NCBI RefSeq assembly: GCF_963921235.1
Contig: NC_086107.1
Span: 109,742,001-109,806,000, forward strand
DNA length: 64,000 nucleotides
Reading direction: 5' to 3'
From: Mobula hypostoma
Taxonomy: Eukaryota
Below are positions 36,693 to 49,215 of this stretch, piece after piece (the stretch's first letter is position 1; each line of letters opens with the position of its first letter). The position numbers and the translations under genes were made by a program. The notes beneath the pieces were generated by a model, which did no database searches, was not told the origin of the DNA, and saw only the letters and a program-made list of their open reading frames with translations.

Positions 36693-38482
36693 AGATTTAT
36701 TAGCCCTCTCGGTTATTAGCATTCTGCTCTCTTCATGTAACCTTTGATGCCCCAACAAATCAGGAATCTACCTACCTCCACTTTAAATTTATCCAACGAC
36801 TTGACCTCCATAGCCCGTCAGTGGCAATGAATTTCACAGATTCATCACCCTCTCTCTGGCTTAAGAAATTCCTCTCATCTCTGTTCTAAAGGGAAGTTCT
36901 ATTCTGAGACTCCTCGACTATAGGAAGCATCCTCTCCACAGCCACTCTATCTAGGTTTTACAATGTTCGATAGTTGCAGTGAGGTTCCTCCCACCTGCCC
37001 TGCCCCCCACTCATTTTTCTTAACTCCGGTGAGTAGATGCCCGGCTATCAAGCACTCTTCATACTCCCAAACACGAGAAAATCTGCAGATCCTGGAAATC
37101 CAAAGCAACACACACAAAGCACTGGAGGAACTCAGCAGGTCAGGCAGCATCAATGGAAAAGAGTAAAACATTTCAAGCTGACACCCTTCATCAGGAAGGG
37201 GGGGAGATGCTAGTGTGAAAAGGCAGGGGAAGGTGCAGGAGACTAGCTGGAAGGTGATTGGTGAAGCCAGGTGGGTGGGAAAGGTCAAGGTCTGTAGAAG
37301 GAGGAATCAGATAGGAGAGGAGGGTGGACTACAGGAGAAAGGGAAGGAGGAGGGCACCCAGGAGGAAGTAATAGGCGGGTGAGAAGGTCAGGGTGTAAAC
37401 GTAACTTTGCTGGATCAAGTATCGACAGCACAAAAAGATCGTTATTTATCTTTTCACCCGTTTATTTCTTCGAGCTCAGCTGGTGAGTGAACTTGGACCC
37501 GACATCAGGGAGGGACCCTTTCTCATCTCCCCGGTAGTTCTACAAGTTCACTGCCCGATGTCCGAATTGTCAGAAGTTATAAGACCACCGATACAAAAGA
37601 ACAATCAGTTTGACAGCCATTCTGGTCAAGTCAATGGACTATTGATACAAAAGTCCAATTAATTTGTTAGACACTCCAGCCACCTTAATTAAAGAAAGGA
37701 ATGTCCTACCTGGTTTGCTGGAGCCACAACTTAATTACAAAGATAAGAACATCCGTAAAATTTATGCTTTAATTAGGAAAGGAATGTTCTGTCTAATTTC
37801 CATCAGATACTGCTTTTTGTCAAAATGAAAAGGTGTGAAAAGCCCAGAGACATCTATGTGGATCTGGGCGAACTTTAATCCTAATCTTGCTCCAAAGAAA
37901 GCAGCTGTGAGACATTATTCAAACACACTGCAGTCACAGACATAGTCAGTACTGAATCCATTGTTTACAGGGATCTGAAAATCCCCCTTTCCCTTAAACT
38001 TTATCAAGGGTAGGGAATAGAGGAAGGGGGGGGTAGATTTGTTTACTGGAAGGAGAAATCGATGTTTAAGCCATCAGGTTGATGGCTATCCAGGTGGAAT
38101 ATAAAGTGTTGCTCCTCCACTCTAAGAGTGATCTCATCATGACACAAGGGTAGGACATTCCTGAGATCAGTGTCGCTCATCCCATTTCATTGTCCAGCCT
38201 TGTACACTCAAGCAGGGTATTGGCAGAGCAAGCTGAGAGTTGCAGCCAGTTTCAGAAGAGACTTCCCTTCTCTGGCAATCTATAATTCTGTTACCCACAG
38301 TGCACAGTCCGGCCCACTCTCCACCCAGACAAATGCAGGAGCACGCCTGATCCTCGGTTTGGTACCAGGACTAACCCCTGGTTTCAGCTCCACCCTCTGC
38401 CTTGTTCCATCACCCTGCCAGCTTTGGCGCAATTCAACCGTCCCGGGCTAGGAGTCTGATTCTGTCTGTCCGCCCCTCACAG

Positions 38483-38611
38483 TACCTGAAGAAGCTGCAC
38501 ACGCAGGAGCGAGCGGTGGAGGAGGTGAAGCTGGCCATCAAGCCCTTCTATCAGAAGAAAGAAATCAACAAGGAGGATTACAAGGACATTCTCCGCAAAG
38601 CTGTACATAAG
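38483..38611 (+). CDS. SCAF1: SCAF1 coding exon, first half of C-terminal CTD-binding (SCAF1/SCAF11/PHRF1-type) domain
   Basis: cccctcacag| ... |gtgagt; 129 bp, [43 protein letters not shown]. Confidence 0.96.
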
Positions 38612-39830
38612 GTGAGTACTCTTGCTCATTGATGTTTACTGTTTTGTTTTAGTGCAGTGTTGTTGCAGCCAATATTATTCACCCTCCCCCTTTATTTTCG
38701 TTGACTGAAGCACTAATATTGAAAAAATTGCTTATTCGGTGCTAATCCTTTCTTGTCCCTCCTCTGTTTAATGGCTTTGTAGCATCCTAGTGCTTTATAC
38801 CCATAAGGTCCTCCACTGGTCAGAGTTGACCATGAATATCGTATCCCAACTGTCACGTGAGGGCAGTATGAAATGGAGAGCAAGCTGTTGCCTATGCAGC
38901 AGGCTCCCCCTGTCCACGCAGCTGATAAATCCAGAAGGATGGCAAGAGACCAATATGGTTTCAAAACCATAAGGTATAGAAGCAGAATTAGCCTTATAAT
39001 CAAGGTATGCTCTGCCATTCGGTCATAGCTGATTCACTGGAAATTACAAATGTCCTCTCTAAATCCATTCTATCTATGCCTTTCAATATTCAGTCGGTTT
39101 CAATGAAATATTACTCCACCCCCACCCCCTGTTCTTCTGAACTCCAATAAGTACGTTCTGGAGATCACTGCCTGGCTAAGAGTTGGAATGGTGTTCGCTC
39201 ATGAGCTTCGAGAGGGAGCTGGATGGTCCACTTGATGGAGAAGGAGGCAGCAGTGTCGGCTGGGTCATGATGGGGAGTGGGACAGGGTGTCTGGCTCTGA
39301 CAGAGTTGGCTTGTCGGGCTGAGGGAGCTGCGTCAGGGCAGCCATGAACGGCAACGCTCGCAGCAGCAAGAGTGTGCTTGCTCTTCCTGATCAAAAAACT
39401 GAAATCGTCACCACCTTCTCCAATTAAGAATGGCCAATACATATTTGTATCTTATGAATGAATAATGGAGGTATGTGGCATTCGATGGGGGAGAATGTCC
39501 AAGTTCGGTTTATTGTCATTAGACTGTACATACAGTTGCAAGAAAAAGTTTGTGAACCATCTGCATTAAATACTCAAAAAATATGATCTGCTCTTCATTT
39601 ATGTCACAATCTGCCTAAGCTAACAACACACAAACAGTTGTACTTTTCATGTCTTTATTGAGCATATTGTTTCATCATTCACCATCCAGGCTGGAAACAG
39701 TATGTGAACCCTTGTATTTAATAACTGATAGAATCTCCTTTCACAGCAATAACCTCCACCAAATGTTTCCTGTAGCTGTTGATCAGATTTGCACGATGGT
39801 GAGGAGGAATTTTACACCATTCCTCCATTA

Positions 39831-40383
39831 CACTATTACACCGGCACCTCTTTCACCTCAGACAGCTGAAGAAGTTTGGCATGAGTCCCAAATCCTAAGG
39901 AGCAGGGGCACAATTGAGAGCATCCTGACTGGCTGCATCACTGCCTGGTGTGGGAGCTGTGCTTCCCTCAATCGCAGGACTCTGCGGAGAGTGGTGCGGA
40001 CAGCCCAGCGCATCTGTAGTTGTGAACTTCCCACTATTCAGGACATTTACAAACACAGGTGTGTAAAAAGGGCCCGAAGGATCATTGGGGACCCAAGTCA
40101 CCCCAACCACAAACTGTTTCAGCTGCTACCATCCAGGTAATGGTACTGCAACATAAAAGCCAGGACCAACAGGCTCTGGGACAGCTTCTTCCACCAGACC
40201 ATCAGACTAATTAATTCACACTGATACAACTGTATTTCTGTTATATTGACTGTCCTGTTGTACATACCATCTATTACAAATTACTGTAAATTGCACATTG
40301 CACATTTAGATGGAGGCGTAACAAAGATTTTTACTCCTCATGTATGCGAAGGATGTAAAAAATAAAGTCAATTCAAATTCAAA
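39831..40383 (+). mobile_element. Rex1/Babar-like 3' fragment nested in Tc1
   Basis: GTIESILTGCITAWCGSC...DPSHPNHKLFQLLPS; tail aataaagtcaattcaaattcaa. Confidence 0.85.
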
Positions 40384-41141
40384 TACAAAACTGTTTTCAG
40401 TTCATCAATATTTCTGGGTTACCTTACATGAATAGCCCTCTTCGGATCATGCTACACCATCTCAATTGGGTTAAGATCTGGACTCTGACTTGGCCATTCC
40501 AAAACATGGATTTTCTTCTTTTTAAACCATTCTATTGTTGATTTACTCTTGTCTTTTGGATCATTGTCTCATTGCATCATCCAACTTCTGTTGAGCTCCA
40601 GATGATGGACCGCTAACCTAACATTCTCCTGTAAAATGTCATGATACAATTTTGAATTCATTGTACCCTCAACGATTGCAAACTGTCCAGCCCCTGAGGC
40701 AGCAAAACAGCCCCAAACCATGATGCTCCTTCCACCATGTTACACAGTCGGGATGAGGTTTTGGTGTTAGTGTGCAGTGCCCTTTTCCCTCCAAACATAG
40801 CAGTGTGCATTTCTGCCAGAAAGTTCAACTTTTGTCTCATCTATCCACAGAACATTGTCCCAGAAGCATTGTAGAATATTCAGGTTCTTTTTGCAAACTT
40901 GAGATGTGCAGCGGTTTTTTTTTTTGGAGAGCAGTCGTTTCCTTCATCCTTCCATAAACACCATTTTTATTTACTGTTTTTCTTACAGTGGGCACAAGAA
41001 CAGAGATTTTAGCAAGTTCTAGAGATTTCTGCAGGTCTTTTGCTGTTACACTGGGGTTCTTTTTCACCTCCTTCAAAATTGCAGGTTGTGTTCTTAATGT
41101 GACCTTGACAGTATGCCCACTCCGAGGGAGAGTAGCAGCAG

Positions 41142-42660
41142 GATCAGAATCAGCTTTATTATCACCGGCATGTGACGTGAAATTTGTTAACTTAGCAGCA
41201 GCAGTTCAATGCAATACATAATCTAGCAGAGTGAGAGAAAAAATAATAAATAAAATAAAACATAATAAATAATCAAGTAAATCAGTTACGTATATTGAAT
41301 AGATTATTTAAAAAATGTGCGAAAACAGAAATACTGTATCTTTTTTTTTAAAGTGGGGTAGTGTCCAAAGCTTCAAAGCCCACTTAGGAATCGGATGGCA
41401 GAGGGGAAGAAGCTGTTCCTGAATCGCTGAGTGTGTGCCTTCAGGCTTCTGTATCTCCTACCTGATTGTAACAGTGAGAAAAGGGCATGCCCTGGGTGCT
41501 GGAGGTCCTTAATAATGGACGCTGCCTTTCTGAGACACCGCTTCCTAAAGATGTCCTGGATACTTTGTAGGCTAGTACCCAAGATGGAGCTGACTAGATT
41601 TACAACCTTCTGCAGCTTCTTTTGGTCCTGTGCAGTAGCCCCTCCATACGAGACAGTGATGCAGCCTGTCAGAATGCTCTCCATGGTATAACTATAGAAG
41701 TTTTTGAGTGTTCTTGTTGACATACCAAATCTCTTCAAACTCCTAATAAAGTATAGCCGCTGTCATTTTTATGGCTACATCAAAATGCTGGGACCCGGTT
41801 AGATCCTCAGAGAGCTTGACACCCAGGAACTTGAAGCTGTTCACTCTCTCTACTGCTGATCCCTCTATGAGGATTGGTATGTGTTCCTTTGTCTTACCCT
41901 TCCTGAAGTCCGCAATCAGCTCTTTCATCTTACTGACGTTGAGTGCCAGGTTGTTGCTGCGACACCATTCCACTAGTTGGCATATCTCACTCCTGTACAC
42001 CCTCTCATCGCCTGAGATTCTACCAACAATAGTTGTATCATCAGAAAATTTGTCGATGGTATTTGAGCTATGCCTAGCCATACAGTCATGAGTATACAGA
42101 GAGTGGAGCAGTGGGCTAAGCACACACCCCTGAGGTGCGCCAGCGTTGATCGTCAGGTGAAGAGGATATGTTATCATCGATCCGCACAGACTGTGGTCCT
42201 CCGGTTAGGAAGTTGGGGATCCATTTGCAGAAGGAGGTACAGAGGCACAGTTTCTGCAACTTCTCAATTAGGATTGTGGGAATGATGGTATTAAATGTTG
42301 AGCTATAGTCAATGAACAGCATCCTAGATGTTTGTGTTGTCCAGGTGGTCTAAAGCCGTGTGAAGAGCCATAGAAATTGCGTCTGCCATTGACCTATTGT
42401 GACGATAGGCAAATTGCAATGGGTCCAGGTCCTTGCTGAGGCAGAAGTTCAGTCTAGTCATTACCAACCTCTCGAAGCATTTCATCACTGTCGATGTGAG
42501 TGCTACTGGGTGATAGTCAATAAGGCAGCTCACATTATTCTTCTTAGGCACTGGTATAATTGTTGCCTTTTTAAAGCAAGTGGGAACTTCTGCCGGTAGC
42601 AGTGAGAAGTTGAAAATGTCCTTGAATACTCCTGCTAGTTGGTTGGCCCAGGTTTTCAGA
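41142..42660 (-). mobile_element. Rex1/Babar-like LINE, 5'-truncated
   Basis: [44 protein letters not shown] in several frames; (ctgatt) tail at the left end. Confidence 0.9.
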
Positions 42661-44950
42661 GAACTAGTATATTCACAGATATCTTCAACCTCTCACTCCG
42701 GCAGTGTTTGGTAACCCGCCTCTAAGACTATCGCCCAATGGCACTTACATCCACAGTGATGAAGTGTTTTAAGAGGCTAATGTTGAAGAATATCAGCTCC
42801 TGTCTGAGTGGCAACTAGATCCGCTACAATTTACCTACTGAAGCAATGGGTCTACAACAGATGCCATCTCATTGGCTCTTCACACAAACCTGGAGCATCT
42901 GGACACAAAAAGATGCATACATCAGGAAGCTCTTTATCGATTACAGCTCATCCCCTCAAAACTAATCAGTAAACTCCAAGATCTGAGGCTCAATACACCC
43001 TTGTGCAATTGGACCCTGAATTTCTTCACTTGTAGACCCCAGTCAGTTGAGATTGGCAAGAACATCTCCTTCACAATCTCCATCAGCTCAAGAGCACTGC
43101 ATGGATGTGTGCTTAGCCCCCTGCTCTGCTCACTTTACACCTATGACTATGAGACTAAGTACAGGTCCAACACCATATACAGGTTGACCACCGATTTTCC
43201 AGCACCATCAGTTCCTGGGCCTTGCTGGATTAAAAGAGATCATGCAATAATAATGGCAAAAATGAACTGTAGAAGCTTTAAAAGGATTATTAAACCAAAA
43301 AAATGTAAATTTATTAATTACTGTGCTTACAAAGAATATTGCTTCTTGGTTATCTTTTTAAACATTTCATCCAGGAAAAGTTGGTTCATGTGTTTGATCT
43401 CTTGCTGTATAATGTTTCTTGCAACAAATAAAAATTCGTTAGCTCTTGTTCTGTCACGAAAGTACGTTTCTAACCCTTTGATAAAATCATCAGCAACTCA
43501 ATTAACTTGTCAATAATAATCGTTCAGTTTCATCATCGCTGCCATCTTCATCACTTGCAGTGTTTTTATCAGCATTCAGAATGCTGTCTGTAATTTGAGT
43601 CTGTAAGGTGATGCACAACAAGTGTTTCATTGTCAACAATTATCCACTCACGTAGATTTTTTCATTAAGACTACTTGCTAGATCTTTGAAAGCAGGTCCT
43701 GCAACACTTTTTGCATACACAAGCAAATCATGAACATTTACTTTGTGCTTTGATACACGGAATCTTGAAAAATCATCGTCAAGCTTTTTTTCAGGCACGT
43801 TATCAAACATCAAGGCAGGCCACAATTTGTGCCAGCCATTCTTTCGTGTTGAAGGTTCTACCTTCTTCTGTCCTCGAGCAATGGACCAAAGAATGTCCTT
43901 CATGTTAAATTCTTTAATAAATGTGTGTACAGAATTGCCAACATTCACCTCATCTGACAGACGTTTCATGAAAAGTGAGTGATACTTGGCCTCGTAATTT
44001 CATCCAGATTAAAAGAGGTGCCAAATCGTCAGTTTCTAGAAGATCGGTGGTCAACCTGTACTGTTGTGGGCCGTATCAAAGGTGGTGATGATACAGGAGG
44101 GAGATTGAAACTTTGGCTGAGTGTAATAACAATAACCTCTCACTCAATGTCAATAAGATGAAGGAATCAATTGTAGATTTCAAGAGAGGGAAACTGGAGG
44201 GCCATGAGCCAGTAGTCATCAGAGGATCAGAGGTGGAGGGGGTCAGTAACTTTAAATTCCTGGGTGTCACTTTTTCAAAGGACCAGTCCTACACCTATCA
44301 CATAAATATAATTGCAAAGAAAGCACAACAGCGCCTCTACTTCCTCGGGATTCGGCATGTCATCAATAAATGTTGACAAACTTTTATAGATGTGTGGTGA
44401 AAAGTGTGTTGACTGGCTGCATACCGGCCTAGTGTGGGAATACCAGTGCCTTTGAGCAGAAGATCCTAATGGACTCAGCCCAGAACATCGAGGGTAGAGC
44501 CCTCCCAGCCACTGAGCCCATGAAATGTTGCCGTAGAAAAGCAGCATCCATAGTCAAAGATCCTCACCACCCAGACCTTGCTCTTTTCTCACTGCTGCCA
44601 CCAGGTGGAAAGTACGAGAGCCTCAGGGTTCACACCACCAGGTTCAAGAGCAGTTACTACCACTCAACCATCAGGCTCTTGCACAAAAGGGGATAATTAC
44701 ACTCATTCTACTTCTGATGTTCCCACAACCGATGGTCTCAGTTTAAAGATGCTTTATTTTGTTGTTTCATGCTCTCATTATTTATTGCTATTTATTTATA
44801 TACATCTGCATTTGCAGTTTTTTGTCCATTGATCCTTTTTGCATTTACTGTTCTATAGACTTGCTAAGTATGCTGCAGAAAAAGAATCACAGGGTTATAT
44901 GTGGCCCACATGTATGTACTCTTGATAATAAATTTTACTTTGAACTTTGA
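42661..44950 (+). mobile_element. Rex1/Babar-like LINE, 5'-truncated, interrupted by a pogo element
   Basis: [17 protein letters not shown]...NLSLNVNKMKE..VDF; tail aataaattttactttgaactttga. Confidence 0.85.
43180..44058 (-). mobile_element. internally deleted pogo/Tigger-like DNA transposon
   Basis: TA|CAGGTTGACCACCGAT ... ATCGGTGGTCAACCTG|TA perfect 16-bp TIRs; minus ORF with FNMKDILWSIA...STRKNGWHKLWP, typical of the end of a Tigger DDE_1 domain. Confidence 0.88.
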
Positions 44951-46420
44951 TCTTTCCTCCATTTGTAGACAATTTCTCTTACTGTGGACTGATGAACACT
45001 CAGGTCTTTAGAGATGCTTTTCTAGCCTTTTCCAGCTTCATGCATCTCTACAATTCTTCTAAGGTCCTCTGAAAGTTGTTTTGATCGAGGCATGGTGCAC
45101 ATAAACAGATCTTTCTTGAGAAGAGCAGACTCTGTCAGTAACCTGACTTCGTCATTTTTTTTTATATAGGGCAGAGTACCTCTACAACCCACACCTCCAA
45201 TCTCATCTCAGTTATAGGAGCACCTGACTCCAAATAGCTTTTCTAGAAGTTATTACCCCGGAGGTTCACATAGGTTTTTGAACCTGGACTGTGATTATTT
45301 AAATGGTGTACTCAGTATTGATAAGAAGAAGTACAATTGTTTGTGTGTTATTAGTTTAGGTGTTAGTCTATTATTGTGACTTAAATGAAGATCAGACCCA
45401 ATTTTATGAGTAATTAATGCAGAAAACCAGGTCATTACAAAGGGTTTGCATACTTTTTCTTGCAACTGTGTATACAACCAAATGAAACAACATTCCTCCA
45501 GACTACGGTGCAGCCACAAAACATATCAACACAGCACATAAAACAAACTATTGCCATCAATAAGTTATTAAAGTATAATTCAAAATGCATGTAGTGTGCA
45601 GCACAAATAAACAGTAAGCAGCTCACTGTCCTCATGGCGAGACCTTGGTGGTGGCAAAGTATTCATTAGTTTCACAGCCTGTTACCTAGTCCTGATGCTC
45701 CTGTACCTCCTTCCTGACGGTGGTAGGGATCCTCAACGGTGTCTTGGGCTCTTTGTCTACAATGCTGCCAGTGAGTGTCACAAAATAGGTGGGAGGGAGA
45801 CCGCTAATATCAAGTATCTGAAAGGAATATAGATGGCACAGGTGTATATGGTGTGGGACTGGGGTTGCTCTCGTGCAGCAGGCATGGACCTTTTGTTTTA
45901 CTTAATTAGAAATACATCGCTGTACAGGTCCTTCCAGCCCAACCAGCCCGCACTGCCCAAACAATTAACCTATTAACCTGAACGACTTTGGAATTTGGGA
46001 GGGAACCAGAGAACCCAGAGGAAACCCTCACAGTCACCGGGAGAACGTACTATTGGGATGAGGAGTTCTCCAATCTGGGCAATTTATTTGTAAACGTTTC
46101 ATCACCGTGCACGGAGGCTTTGCCAGTGCGCTATTGATTGTGATGTGTTCTCCGAAAGCTGAAGAGCAGACAGCGGCAGAACTGGACCTGGTTTGCTGGC
46201 ACTGCGATAGCGTTACGCTGCACCCTTGGGGGGCTAAATGGCCTTCCCTGTGGTGTAACCTTCCCATGACTTTATCGGTGAGGTGAGAATGGGGATAAGG
46301 AGGTGGATGGTAAATTGCACAGTGAAAGCAGAGGGCTCTCTCAGTGAACAAGGGGTTAACTTCTGATGGCCTTTCTGCATCTCTCCTCTCATAACATCAC
46401 TCACCAACTCGTCTTCCCCC

Positions 46421-46568
46421 GCTCAAATTCATCGAGCCATTCTCCCCCACTCAAGTTCACTGAACCATTCTCCATCGCTCAAATTCACCGAGCCATTTTT
46501 CCTCCTCACTCAAATTCACTGAGCCATTCTTCCCCCGCTCAAACTTACTGGGCCATTTCTTCTCCCCC
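46421..46568 (+). repeat. five-copy ~28-32 bp tandem repeat abutting the last SCAF1 acceptor
   Basis: Units of consensus RCTCAAATTCACYGAGCCATTCTYCCCC read directly from the sequence. Confidence 0.9.
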
Positions 46569-46573
46569 TGCAG

Positions 46574-46756
46574 ATCTGCCACAGTAAAAGCGGTGAGATC
46601 AACCCCGTTAAAGTTGCCAACCTGGTGAAGGCTTACGTGGAGAAATACAAGTATGCCCGGAGGCACAGCAAGAGACCAGAGGACAGCAGTCTCCAGAGCA
46701 ACGGCAAGGAGGCCGGGAAGTTAGAAAAACACGGCAAAGTCTCGGCACAGACGTAA
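46574..46756 (+). CDS. SCAF1: SCAF1 terminal coding exon
   Basis: ttcttctccccctgcag|; [30 protein letters not shown]...SAQT then TAA at 46754-46756. Confidence 0.96.
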   Translation: MCHSKSGEINPVKVANLVKAYVEKYKYARRHSKRPEDSSLQSNGKEAGKLEKHGKVSAQT

Positions 46757-49215
46757 ACCAGATCAAGAGACAGTTTTTAATGAGTTACCAGAATTCAATA
46801 ATTTTGAGCACCTCTCCTCGTTTTATTTTTCATTTTAATAAGTGTGAAGACATTTTTTTTAAAAGACGAAAACTTTAGAAGTCCATCTGACGTTCCTGGG
46901 TTAATCTCATTGTGGCAGTGCCTACTGATCCTGAATTAGATGGAAGAAACTTGGGACACTTTTAATGAAATACAAAGGGGGGGGGAGGGTGGTGGGGTGG
47001 CAGAATATTCTTGGAAAGTTTAAAAAAATCACTTTTAAAAACTGTATACTGTATCTCCCAATTGCTGTATATAAGATAGGAGCCATCGGCAAGCTTTCTC
47101 ATCTCCTTTCTGACTTCTGTTAATATTTTGTTTTTAATCTCCTCCCGCACCTCCCATCCCAATCCCTGAACTCCCTTGCCCTCCATTTTCTTTCTGCATG
47201 ACGTTCCCTTTTCTAGGTCAGTGAATTCTATATGGTTTTAACCAGAAATAAATGATATTACTTGCTCAGTGATCGAGAGAAGGCAGTGTATTAGAGAGGA
47301 CCTGTCTGTCCTGTTGATGTCTATGCTATTCGTTATTCTTTTAAAAAAAGATTATATATATATAGTTCAACGTTGAAGAAAAGCAGACGAGAGTCGATGT
47401 TTTCTCATTTGCACGTTTTAATTAGGTAAGAGATGGGGGATTGAACCTGTGACCACTGTCTTCGGAACGTGTTTCTCTTTATGTAAATGTATTTACTTTA
47501 GTCATGCTTCCTGACACTGTAGCTGGTCCTTTGAGGCACCCGGGGTGGAATTCTTTCATCCAATGCAATTACTGTTGTAAAGTTGAGTGTTGGGGAGTGC
47601 TCTTGGGGAGGGAAGGAGGAAGGACATAGGGTTGATTCGGCCTGTGTCACTGGACTGCCTAATCACACGTGTCCACCTTTTCATCACCTGCCACTGCCCT
47701 CGGTTTTCTTTCCTATTTCCATTCGTGACCGCGATGCACCGGATGCAGAGGCTTGGGAGACTTGCTTTGGGCTCCCTAATGATTTTTCCTCCCCCTTCCC
47801 CACCTCGACAAGTGTGTATGTGGTTCGTATCATCTGCTATCGTGTCAAGCCAGTTTTGCCCGCGCAGAGGAATAAGGCAAATGGTTGACGATCATCCTTA
47901 TCTTTATTTCTTTAATTTATTTTTTCAGCAGGAAGTGTATCTGATATTTGGCCCACACCGTGAGCTGCTCAGGAGATGGGTGATACCCTCCTCGCCCCTT
48001 GATTTGGGGGAGTTTGTATTTTAATTCCAGAGCTATTCATTGGTACCCTCCCCTTCCACCCCGCTGCCATCGCCCCAGTTTGCTGCCAAATCATGTTAGA
48101 CATAGGATTAATTCGGGCCGCTCTCCTATCATGCTGCAACCCTGTTGTGCCCTCCCCCCCCCCCGTGCTCCCCACTCCTCACCCACGGCCAAATTGACGC
48201 ACCTGACCCCCGTGTACCACTGCGCTTCAGATTTAGTTCCTGCACGTCCAGGGTAGGACAGTCGTCTTGTAGGCGTGAATTGCTCTGTATCTCAACTGGC
48301 AGTGTTACATTGAGGGGGAAGAAAGGTTTGCAGTCTGACTTTGTCTGAACCTTGTATGTGGTGTAATTACAAGAGGAGGGTATATAAACGATTGACAAGT
48401 GTATCCACTGTTCTAATTTCAGTCTGAAGCAAGCTTGACTAACTATTGTTTGGTGTCATTTGGTTTTGAATGGGTTTGCAAGTACGCCTGGTGGATGAGG
48501 TTATGTGAATGTGTATGTGTGTATATACGTACACTGGGGAGTTGGGGTAGGGAGGGGATAGACTGGGTTTCACACACCCAAGAAGTACATATATATTGAT
48601 AATTGGAGTTTTGCTGGCCATTTTAAATACTAGATAACATAATACTCATTTAGAAAGAGGCAAAGTAGTCCCTCTTGTGACATTACTGAATCTCGTCATT
48701 TAAAAAGGAAACATTTTTTAATTAAAAAAAAATAAAGCCTCGAGAAAATTGGACAAATTGTTTTGTAAAACAACTAATTTATTTGGGTTGTTTATATTTG
48801 CAGTTGAGGGGCCCGCCCTAGTGTTTCTGCATCTCTAACCTGAAGGAAAAGAAACTATAAACAGTATTAGCACAGTTGAAGTGAGGAGCACGCCAGCGTT
48901 AGGTAATGGCTTACGAGGAAATGGGAGATGGGTTGTTTTCAGTATTTTATGTTGAATAATCCCCTGTGTTCTTTCACACAGGCGACTATAGAAATTCTGA
49001 ATGAGTGGGCAGGGCAGGGGAGGGCAGGTGGATGGTTGTTTGAGAAGGTGAATTTCATTGTGATCCTTGGAAGTTGGAGTGATAATAGGCATCTCATCAC
49101 TAGGGGTACATGTGGTTGGGTTATGGTAATACCACTGTGCTCTTTCAACTGTGCTAATATTGTACATCTGCCTGTTGTTGAGAATATTGTATAAATAAAA
49201 AAATGAGATTGTTAC
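46757..49215 (+). other. SCAF1: probable SCAF1 3'UTR with poly(A) signals (AATAAA at 48731 and 49194)
   Basis: About 2.4 kb with no recognisable transposon, ending at AATAAA 49194-49199 just before repeats resume at ~49260. Confidence 0.65.

Larger units (their letters stand above)
39533..45468 (-). mobile_element. Tc1-family transposon expanded to 5.9 kb by nested insertions
   Basis: TA|CAGTTGCAAGAAAAAGTTTG ... CATACTTTTTCTTGCAACTG; transposase remnants on minus (KEVKKNPSVTAKDLQKSLELAKISV) at 40385-41141 and 44950-45100. Confidence 0.88.

Noticed and set aside
38810..38970. HDV-like ribozyme in an RTE-type 5' fragment (related piece at ~53660-53745)
   Set aside because: I could not fold a convincing nested double pseudoknot by eye and the copies are decayed. 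It would need a descriptor search on the family consensus.
46421..46568. CRISPR-like array
   Set aside because: Contiguous degenerate units with no unique spacers, in a vertebrate intron: a minisatellite.
38483..46756. Assignment to the paralogues PHRF1 or SCAF11
   Set aside because: They share this C-terminal domain, but no RING/PHD exons are seen, and SCAF1-type blocks (LTALLFKMEEAN, KLQSKVAVLIR, GVKFSRDRESRSPF, KLHTQE..AVHKICH) are present.
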